This document shows positions 15,858-23,234 of a DNA stretch of 32,000 nt, piece by piece. The notes beneath the pieces were generated by a model. The model ran no database searches and was not told the DNA's origin. It saw nothing but the letters and a program-made list of their open reading frames with translations. The DNA is taken from contig NZ_CP064927.1 of NCBI RefSeq assembly GCF_018336915.1, positions 30,001-62,000 on the forward strand. Reading direction: 5' to 3'. Positions within the stretch are counted from its first letter, which is position 1; each line of letters opens with the position of its first letter. Both the position numbers and the translations under genes were made by a program. The DNA is from Acaryochloris marina S15. Lineage in GTDB: Bacteria > Cyanobacteriota > Cyanobacteriia > Thermosynechococcales > Thermosynechococcaceae.

Positions 15858-16064
15858 GTGACTAGGAAGCGAAAGCCAGCCAAGGAAAAATTTGTGAAGC
15901 GCAATTTAAGCTTGCCGCCAGAATTTAATGATGACGTGGTTGAATACTGCGAAAGTCGGGAATATCCGGTTTCGTTTAGTGCTTTCGTCCGTCGTGCTAT
16001 AGAAGAAAAGTGGGAGCGAGAAGGCCATACGCCTCAGTCACAAAGAGAAAATGAAGGTGAGTAG
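15858..16064 (+). CDS. Small ribbon-helix-helix (CopG/Arc/MetJ-like) DNA-binding protein candidate
   Basis: 68-aa ORF with a GTG start. The basic N-terminus is followed by a beta-strand-like KRNLSLPPEF and two helix-like segments (NDDVVEYCESRE, SFSAFVRRAIEEKWERE), the pattern typical of RHH repressors and relaxosome accessory proteins. The repeats and palindrome sit immediately upstream. No SD is visible. Confidence 0.5.
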   Translation: MTRKRKPAKEKFVKRNLSLPPEFNDDVVEYCESREYPVSFSAFVRRAIEEKWEREGHTPQSQRENEGE

Positions 16065-16687
16065 GAAGTGTGATCGGCAGAGTTACGAATAAGCGAATCG
16101 TGATTTTTCGCTAGAAGCTATTCCCCGTAGGCAAACGCGGCAACAAGGTTCTAGTGATTTCGACTAGAAAATAATCTAAGAGTAAGCCTGGGTAATGACT
16201 GGCGTGGCATCTCTGCGTTTGACTATGGTTGCTCTGAAAATTTGTATAAGTACAGGGCTGTGATGTTGGTTGGAAGAATCGACTCAAGAATAAGGTTGTA
16301 ATTGCGCTTGCAGTTGTGTGAGCTAAAGCAAATACAAGAGCTAAGCTAAATAAACATGTTGCCTTGTCATAGCCTACAACAATATATTGCATAGAGAAAG
16401 ATTCTATTACTTCACTACAAATGTTTAGTTTTATTAAAAAGCACATATACTTTTTTGTTTATTTAGATCTGACCATATTGTAGAAAAACATATAATCTAT
16501 AGTTAAAATATTCCATTTATTAATTCTTAAAACAACAGGCAGTGGATGTGATTAATCGTGTAGTAAGTTCTATTTGAAAATCACCTATGGTTTGAGCTAG
16601 ACAGCTAGAGGGATTTGCAAGCATTTAGCTGCTTTTGCCATAACCTCGTAACCCATATCTAGGTGTTATTTATTTGTAGTTGTATTT

Positions 16688-18094
16688 ATGAATGACAAGG
16701 GTTTAGGCGTCGGTGAAGCGATAGAGCTGATCGATAACTGGCTAGTGGCTAGGAATCGTAAACAGCTCACTTCAGCAGAGAAGCTTCTGATCTCTGCTGC
16801 TTGGGAGAATCGGAAATATGAAGATGTAGCGGAAGAATCAGGTTACAACCCTGATTACCTCAAACAAGCAGGTCAAGGTTTGTGGCGAACGCTTAGTCTT
16901 GTGATTGGCAAGAAAGTGACCAAGACCCGCCTAAGAAGTATGGTTGAGGGTAAAAAGCTGGAATTAGCTCGCCATCAATTGACGAAGAAATATTCTAAAG
17001 AAATGAGGGGTGAGCTTGAGCCTCCTGAGTTTACTGTTCTGGGTCGTCGCCCCCCTACGGTTGAACAGTATTTTGGGTATAAAGCAGAGCTAGCGATGCT
17101 TCGGCAAAGTGTACTAGAACGTCAATGTGTCTTAGTAGTAGGCCAGGCAGGTATTGGCAAGAGTTCACTCTGCTCAAAGCTGTTGGAGCAATTGAAGATA
17201 TCTGCTGATAATCATTTTGAGCAAGTGGTCTGGCAGAGTATGTCTAGCCATCAGAATCTTGATAGCTTGCTGGAGGAAATATTTAGATGCTTGAAATTAA
17301 GCCCCTATGACTCATCTAAGGATCTGACGGTTCAAGTTACTGAGTTAGTTGAATTCCTCCATCGTGAAAAGATCCTGATCGTACTTGATGGTGCGGAGGA
17401 AATACTTAAAGAGGCAACCAACAATAATCAGTACGGTAAGAACGAAAACTATGGTTGGTTCTTAGAGCAGATAAGGGAGTGTTCCCATTCCTCTTGTTTC
17501 CTGATTACCAGTAGAGAGCCCTTTAAAGATCTGGAGTTCGCCGAAACGTCGGGCCAATCGGTACGCATCATGGATATCAAAGGACTAGGACAAGATGCAT
17601 ATCGTTTTCTAGAATCCCAAGGACTGATGGATACGAATGATGGATTTAGATTATTAATCCATCGCTATCGGTCAAACCCGTTTCTTCTCAAATTAGTTTC
17701 TGCTCGAATCCGTAACTATTTTGGTGGGGATGTGAACGCCTTTATTCAATGCGATTCCATCTTAATGAGTGAGTCTGTCCAGCAAGCCCTGGATACTCAA
17801 TTTAGATTAGGAATTTGGACCGCATTAGAACGAGAATTAATGCAGATCTTGGCGCATTCCGATAAAAATGGAGAGGGGATCTCTTTTCAAGAAGTATTTC
17901 AGATGCTAAAACAGCAGAAAGGCGATTTATCCATGCATGAGTTTATCGCAGCAATAGATAACTTGGTGAGTCGTTCATTGTTGGAACGCTGCCAAGAAGA
18001 TAGTGAACCCTTAATCTTGTCCCTGCAACCCGTCATTCGGAAATATCTGCTTAAAGATCCATCAGGAGTGATACAAGAATCCCTTGCTGCATAG
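16688..18094 (+). CDS. STAND NTPase (NACHT-like) with an N-terminal HTH-type adaptor domain and no C-terminal repeat sensor
   Basis: 468 aa. The N-terminal ~90 aa read LTSAEKLLISAAWENRKYEDVAEESGYNPDYLKQAGQGLWRTLSLVIGKKVTKTRLRSMVE. This resembles the LuxR/sigma-r4-like helical module seen at N-termini of cyanobacterial STAND/WD40/TPR proteins. Walker A is VVGQAGIGKSSL (about 17141-17164). Walker B is KILIVLDGAEEI, the NACHT-type hhhhDGxxE pattern. FLITSREPF lies downstream. The ORF ends after the winged-helix-like region, with no TPR, WD40 or LRR. Confidence 0.8.
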   Translation: MNDKGLGVGEAIELIDNWLVARNRKQLTSAEKLLISAAWENRKYEDVAEESGYNPDYLKQAGQGLWRTLSLVIGKKVTKTRLRSMVEGKKLELARHQLTKKYSKEMRGELEPPEFTVLGRRPPTVEQYFGYKAELAMLRQSVLERQCVLVVGQAGIGKSSLCSKLLEQLKISADNHFEQVVWQSMSSHQNLDSLLEEIFRCLKLSPYDSSKDLTVQVTELVEFLHREKILIVLDGAEEILKEATNNNQYGKNENYGWFLEQIRECSHSSCFLITSREPFKDLEFAETSGQSVRIMDIKGLGQDAYRFLESQGLMDTNDGFRLLIHRYRSNPFLLKLVSARIRNYFGGDVNAFIQCDSILMSESVQQALDTQFRLGIWTALERELMQILAHSDKNGEGISFQEVFQMLKQQKGDLSMHEFIAAIDNLVSRSLLERCQEDSEPLILSLQPVIRKYLLKDPSGVIQESLAA

Positions 18095-18111
18095 TTGAAA
18101 GATGATGAAAT

Positions 18112-19875
18112 GTGACCTGCTACTGTTTCAATCCTCGCTGTCAGACTAGGGAAAACTCAGATACCGATTTGGTGTGTCCATCTTGTGGCACATCACTACT
18201 TGTAAAAAATCGATATCGACTCTTGAACCCTTTGCGTCCAATCGATGGTCCTATTCCTCAAGCAATTGAAGTTTTTGAGTGTGAGGATACAACAGGAGGT
18301 GAAGGCATTGATCCGGGAACTCACCTGATCATCAAGATACTTTTGGTCAGCGATCGGTTTGAGTCCTATGACGCCAAGCGGGTTAATCTACTGTATCGAG
18401 AATCGAAAGCTCTCCTCAATGTTGAACACCCTGGAATCCCTATTGCTCCCAAAAATGGTTTTTTCTGTCTGAATGACACGGGTATCGCTAAGGAAGTGTA
18501 CTGCCTGGTTCAACAGAAAATTGAGGGCCAGACGCTAGAAGAGTGGCTAGACGATCAGGGTTCCATTTCAGAGAAACAAGCATTGGATTGGTTGAATCAA
18601 CTCGCAGAAACCCTTCATGCCGTTCACCAAAAGGGATATTTCCACCGAGATATCAAACCCGCAAATATCATGATTAAGCCAGATGGGAAGCTGGTGCTTA
18701 TTGACTTTGGGGCAGCAAGAGATCTTACTGATACCTTTTTAGCAAGGATTAGCTCAGCTCCTTTAGAGAGTGACTACAAACATGAGCTAGAGGTCACGAG
18801 TATTTTTACGGCGGGCTATGCTCCACCGGAACAAATGAACGGCAAAGGATTACCCCAAAGTGACTTTTATGCTCTTGGTCGCACCTTTGTTCACCTTCTC
18901 ACGGGTGTTCATCCCAATCGATTACCTGGAGATATTTACACTGGGAAATTGACCTGGCGAGATAAGGTCCCTCAGCTCTCCAAGCCTTTCGCTGATTTCC
19001 TCGATCAGCTGATGTCGATCCCACCGGGAAAGCGGCCCCAAAACACAGCATCCCTATTACTGTATTTACAATCTTCATTACCTAAAAAACTAAAACGCAA
19101 TAGACTTTTCAATGATCGACGATTTCAGTTTGGCCTTGGCATTCTATTCTTATTGCTTCTGGCAATAGGGTTTAAGTTAGGGACACAACGCTTGTCGCGC
19201 TACTATTTCCTATTGGCAAATGAACAGCAGAGCAAAGGGAAGTTGGCAGAAGCCAGAGGCTACTACGAGCGGGCTATCCAGTTGAATTCAACTAACAAGA
19301 CTGCCTACAACAATCTCGGAGTGGTCTGTCAGCAATTACAGGATGTGGATTGCGTCTTAGAGAGCTATTACAAAGGACTGGACGTTAAGCCTAATGATGA
19401 GGTGCTATTTTACAATCTCGGCACCATCCATGAAGATGTCCAAGACTATGCCAAGGCAAGGCAGTATTACCAAAAATCGATTGATGCGAGTCAAGGACAA
19501 TACCTAGCCCCAGTCAACAACCTGGCGAGGTTAGACCTGCTCGATAATAAGCCCCAAGCAGCCGAAGCTCGGATTCGGCAAGTGTTAGATCAATCTGACC
19601 ATGATCGGGTGATGGCATCCCTGTATAAAAATCTGGGATGGGCACAGTACCAGCAAAAACAATACGTTCAGGCCGTTGTAAGTTTAAAGAAGAGTATGCA
19701 GTTTAACCCTGAAGAGGTTAGTACTCACTGTCTATTGGCAAAAGCTGAGAATTCTCTGGGCCAACCTTCTGCAACTAATTGGGAAATATGCCTTCTTGCC
19801 AAGTCTGACCTGCCCGAAGTATGGGAATGGAGATATCAGTATATTCAGCAGAAAGAGAAGATAGTCAAGCCCTAG
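18112..19875 (+). CDS. Zn-ribbon Ser/Thr protein kinase with one TM helix and C-terminal TPR repeats
   Basis: 587 aa. GTG is the only in-frame start after the TGA at 18106. The N-terminal 4-Cys motif is CFNPRCQTRENSDTDLVCPSCG. The kinase core has IIKIL (VAIK-like Lys), HRDIKPANIMI, LIDFGAAR and GYAPPEQ. The TM helix FQFGLGILFLLLLAIGFKLG lies at about 19123-19185. About 5-6 TPR-like repeats follow (AEARGYYERAIQLNSTNKTAYNNLGVV..., AKARQYYQKSIDAS...). Confidence 0.9.
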   Translation: MTCYCFNPRCQTRENSDTDLVCPSCGTSLLVKNRYRLLNPLRPIDGPIPQAIEVFECEDTTGGEGIDPGTHLIIKILLVSDRFESYDAKRVNLLYRESKALLNVEHPGIPIAPKNGFFCLNDTGIAKEVYCLVQQKIEGQTLEEWLDDQGSISEKQALDWLNQLAETLHAVHQKGYFHRDIKPANIMIKPDGKLVLIDFGAARDLTDTFLARISSAPLESDYKHELEVTSIFTAGYAPPEQMNGKGLPQSDFYALGRTFVHLLTGVHPNRLPGDIYTGKLTWRDKVPQLSKPFADFLDQLMSIPPGKRPQNTASLLLYLQSSLPKKLKRNRLFNDRRFQFGLGILFLLLLAIGFKLGTQRLSRYYFLLANEQQSKGKLAEARGYYERAIQLNSTNKTAYNNLGVVCQQLQDVDCVLESYYKGLDVKPNDEVLFYNLGTIHEDVQDYAKARQYYQKSIDASQGQYLAPVNNLARLDLLDNKPQAAEARIRQVLDQSDHDRVMASLYKNLGWAQYQQKQYVQAVVSLKKSMQFNPEEVSTHCLLAKAENSLGQPSATNWEICLLAKSDLPEVWEWRYQYIQQKEKIVKP

Positions 19876-19914
19876 GCTTGCATTTATCTCTCGCAACTAG
19901 ATAACTTATATCTA

Positions 19915-20829
19915 ATGCATAAACTACTTTTACGACCCTCTCTGCTTTTGCCTTTAATAGCTGTAAGCTCATCCCTTCCGCTTACAGCAAGGTCCAAGCC
20001 CTCTCAATCAGCCCGCTGTAAGCCAACCATCGCTCGAATGGTAACAGAGGGAGATAGAAACTTCCGTCGTGGGACATTACTATGTCCCCAAGATCTTGTA
20101 GCTCCAGCTCCAGGCAAGCGGCCTAGGCTATTCTGTCATAAGAGCGGAGCAGTGTTGGTGGGCCGGACTGGGCGAGTGGCCGAACTCTGTGCTGCTGACG
20201 CCAATAATTCGGCTCTTCGTGGGGGAAATGAGGGTAGCCTCAGCGTCAACACGAGGGGGAATGAGGATGAACTTAAACTCCTTGCCCCGTTTGGTCCAAC
20301 TATTATCCAACAACGCCCTGATCTAACCTGGAAGCCGATTGGAGAAGCAACTCACTATGTGATCAGTATTGAGGGCTACCACCTGAAGCTAAAGCAAACT
20401 GTATCAGAGACTCGTTTGCAATATCCTTCAAGCTGGCCAGCCCTGGAATTTGGCAGCGCTTATGAGATTGAAATTCTGGTCTATCAAGGCAAGCAGCCCA
20501 TTAGCGTGGGTCGGGCGACTATAAATCTCGTGATTGAGACAGATGCCGTTGCCATTCAAGAACAGGCTGCTGCGATTAAACGACTCCCTGTTCCTCTCAG
20601 TGAAGTTGCAGTAGAGCTAGACACTCTATACATGACTCGAAATTTATTTCATGAGTCCATTCAATTCTTAGAAAGTCTGAGAAAAAAAGGAAAAAGCAAC
20701 CTCAAACTCAATCAGTTACTGGCAAAGCGATATTTCCAAGTGGATCATCCCGAGCTGGCAGAGGCGATCATAGAAGAAGCTCAATTGCCAACGAGAATAA
20801 AGTTGCCCCAGAAAAAAGGATGGGAATAG
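19915..20829 (+). CDS. Secreted DUF928-like protein
   Basis: 304 aa. The signal peptide is MHKLLLRPSLLLPLIAVSSSLPLTARS. The core reads RGGNEGSLSVNTRGNEDELKLLAPFGPTIIQQRPDLTWKPIGEATHYVISIEG...LQYPSSWPALEFGSAYEIEILVY...VGRATINLV, followed by LDTLYMTRNLFHESIQFLESL. This fits my recollection of the DUF928 pattern: RGG..RG, L.ALVP, PTF.W, LE.G..Y.W, and a C-terminal ...LYA..G.WYDAL. That is recall only, not an HMM hit. The 3' end overlaps the convergent CHAT gene by 49 nt. Confidence 0.6.
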   Translation: MHKLLLRPSLLLPLIAVSSSLPLTARSKPSQSARCKPTIARMVTEGDRNFRRGTLLCPQDLVAPAPGKRPRLFCHKSGAVLVGRTGRVAELCAADANNSALRGGNEGSLSVNTRGNEDELKLLAPFGPTIIQQRPDLTWKPIGEATHYVISIEGYHLKLKQTVSETRLQYPSSWPALEFGSAYEIEILVYQGKQPISVGRATINLVIETDAVAIQEQAAAIKRLPVPLSEVAVELDTLYMTRNLFHESIQFLESLRKKGKSNLKLNQLLAKRYFQVDHPELAEAIIEEAQLPTRIKLPQKKGWE

Positions 20830-23228
20830 TCCTCAGATCGAATGAGCTTGAGTTGGGCTTGCTGTAATGCTTTAGCTTTGGACGAATTATCTTTGAGTTC
20901 CTGATAGAAGGCTGAAATGAGTTCTGTTGTTGCACTTGAATCGGCTAGCCATAGAGAGGCTAGCGTATTTCTAGAGCCTGCTTGTGTGGCTATTCCGGCT
21001 AAACCGAGAGCAGACTTCTTATCGCCCTTAGCCGTCTGACATGCGCTGAGGATCAGCAATTCCAAAGAGGCATGACCATTATGACGCTTCCTGTTGAGCA
21101 TATTGTGGAATTCCAGGGCATTGATGGGCTGGTTGTAGGCCAGCAGCATTGTTTTTGAGAGATCTGAGCTAAATAAACCGTGAGTGGCGATGTGAACGAC
21201 CTCTGTATCCTGACGTAGAGCGGTTTCTAGTCGATCTGTTGTGAACTCATGATTGAGTAATGAAGACTCTAAATTAGAGGCTTTGGCGACACCCTCAAGT
21301 TCAGCCTCCACTTCAGGCAAAGGATTGAGGTTGCTAGGGACGTTGGGCTGATTAAAGCTGGGGGCTGAATTCGAGAGTCCAGCAAACAGGACATTCATCT
21401 GACTCAGATCTTTGGTCTGAGCTTGTCTGAGCTGAACGCTTAGAGCGGTCTGCACAGGGTATTTTTCAATCAGATAGGTTTGCCCATCATGTAAAAGCCC
21501 CATCGGTAGATTTTGGAAGTGGCTATCTAGATGAAAGATGAGTGAACCTGATGTCGGTAGATATTGCTTGATGGGGCCTAAGATTTGCTGGTATAGTGCC
21601 TGGGAGCTTTTCTTGATTCGTGATTCAGAAATTAGATAGGTGTTGTCATTGTCCAGCATAACGACGAGATTAAATACCTCCTCCATCACGATCTCTGAAT
21701 CGGGTTGATGGCGATATAGCCCCTCTGAGTTTTGGACAATGATGTCAACTTTGTCCTCTAATTGGAAAATGTGAATTCGGGTGGCCGAGTCAGATTGCTG
21801 TGGTTTATTCACATTGGTGACATTGAGCCTGCCACATTTTAGATAATTTTCTAGTTCAGCCACTTGCAGTTGTTGATGAGTGGAAAGAACCAGCTCAAGA
21901 TCAGGAGATGGCGAGGCTAATAAGAGTTGTAGGTATTCTGTATAGACAGGCTCCACACTTTCTTGATAGCTAAATTGAAGGTCAGACGTTGCCGAGATGA
22001 GCTTAGTTCTTACCTGCTCCAAATGTTGGATGCTGGTGTCATAGGCGGTCAGTGCTTGAGATCGGTTTCCCTGCTGCTGGTGGATCTGGGCGATGTGCCA
22101 TGACCATTGATACGCTAGGCTATCGTCTGTATTAGCCTGGGCTAGATTGAGCGCTTGTTTAAAGACTTGCATCGCATCCTCTTGCTGCTTTGATTGCAGA
22201 TAGAGTCTGCCGAGGGTGCCATAGGCTTGAGATTTCAGCCTGGGATCATTTAGGGTATTGGCTTTCAACAGGGCAGATTTAGCATGGTTGAATGCCTCAG
22301 CTAACAAAGAATTACTGATTTTAGAGGTGATCGGTTTTTGGTCTACCTCACTCAAGAGTTGGCTTAGTTTGAGCTGTAGGTTGATAGCCTCGGCTTCAGG
22401 AAATTGGCTGAAGTCATTAGAGATTAGATTTTTGATGAGAGGGTGGATGAGAGTTTGGGAGTCTTTGCGCAATTGAACGACGTCAAAAGCGTCCGAATCA
22501 TCGAGGCTAAGAATGAGCTGGAGGCTATTCAGTTGAGCATGGATGCGATGAGTTGGGCTGGACGCCAGGTTGCCATAAAGCTTGATTGCTGATTGAGCAT
22601 GTAGTTTGGCATCAAGACCCAACTGGGCTTCAGTAAGAGTATCTCTCGTTAAAGTGCGTTGACTGATAGCTCGCTTATATTGAGCGTGATAGGTATTTGC
22701 CAGACTCAATCGGATATCACGATTGGAAGGCTTCAAGCTAGAAGCATGTTGGAGGATAATCTGTGATGATTCTAGTCGTCCCAGGATTTGCAGGTTATTC
22801 CCCAGGTTGTGAAGTGCGGCCAACTGTTGAGTGGTATCTAACTTGTTATTGATCTCTATCTCTAATAGGCTCTGGTTAAGTTGTCTTCCAGATTGACTCT
22901 GGCAGTATTCATAATCAAGAGTAAGGACTTTGGTCAGAGTGGTGCAAGCGCGATAGTATTGCCCCATCTTTTTCAGAGCAACGCTTTTGTTGATGGATGC
23001 CCTGTAAAAGCCGGGTGGGTGACTGGCTTTCTTGTAAATAGAATGTGCGTTATTAAAGAGCTTTAAAGCTGTTTGGGGCTTGTTTCTCTTCAGAGATTCT
23101 AAGCCCTGCTGGATCAGCATATCCCCTTGCTGAATCTGGGATTGAGATGCGAAAGCTGGAGCAGTAAAAGTCTGACTACAGACTAGACAGAAAAGGCTAA
23201 AAAGTTGATAGGAAGGGATTTTTTTCAT
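20781..23228 (-). CDS. Secreted TPR-CHAT domain protein (caspase-like Cys/His protease fold)
   Basis: 815 aa. The signal peptide is MKKIPSYQLFSLFCLVCSQTFTAPAFA|SQ. The N-terminal half contains TPR-like repeats. The C-terminal CHAT domain carries the conserved His (VVHIATHGLFSS), the conserved Cys (LLILSACQTAKGD) and the typical terminus HPFFWGNFILVGN. Confidence 0.9.
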   Translation of the reverse strand: MKKIPSYQLFSLFCLVCSQTFTAPAFASQSQIQQGDMLIQQGLESLKRNKPQTALKLFNNAHSIYKKASHPPGFYRASINKSVALKKMGQYYRACTTLTKVLTLDYEYCQSQSGRQLNQSLLEIEINNKLDTTQQLAALHNLGNNLQILGRLESSQIILQHASSLKPSNRDIRLSLANTYHAQYKRAISQRTLTRDTLTEAQLGLDAKLHAQSAIKLYGNLASSPTHRIHAQLNSLQLILSLDDSDAFDVVQLRKDSQTLIHPLIKNLISNDFSQFPEAEAINLQLKLSQLLSEVDQKPITSKISNSLLAEAFNHAKSALLKANTLNDPRLKSQAYGTLGRLYLQSKQQEDAMQVFKQALNLAQANTDDSLAYQWSWHIAQIHQQQGNRSQALTAYDTSIQHLEQVRTKLISATSDLQFSYQESVEPVYTEYLQLLLASPSPDLELVLSTHQQLQVAELENYLKCGRLNVTNVNKPQQSDSATRIHIFQLEDKVDIIVQNSEGLYRHQPDSEIVMEEVFNLVVMLDNDNTYLISESRIKKSSQALYQQILGPIKQYLPTSGSLIFHLDSHFQNLPMGLLHDGQTYLIEKYPVQTALSVQLRQAQTKDLSQMNVLFAGLSNSAPSFNQPNVPSNLNPLPEVEAELEGVAKASNLESSLLNHEFTTDRLETALRQDTEVVHIATHGLFSSDLSKTMLLAYNQPINALEFHNMLNRKRHNGHASLELLILSACQTAKGDKKSALGLAGIATQAGSRNTLASLWLADSSATTELISAFYQELKDNSSKAKALQQAQLKLIRSEDYSHPFFWGNFILVGN

Positions 23229-23234
23229 CTTTCC

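Noticed and set aside
13565-16131. Shared 15-mer AGCTATT[T/C]CCCGTAG at 13567-13581 and 16117-16131
   Set aside because: A 14-of-15 match between two sites is expected many times by chance among all site pairs in a 32-kb window. No further copies were seen.
16111-16446. 111-aa minus-strand ORF in the AT-rich gap upstream of the STAND gene
   Set aside because: It has no recognisable motif and no RBS, and it lies in AT-rich sequence where stop-free frames arise easily. It could be a small membrane protein, but I cannot support that.
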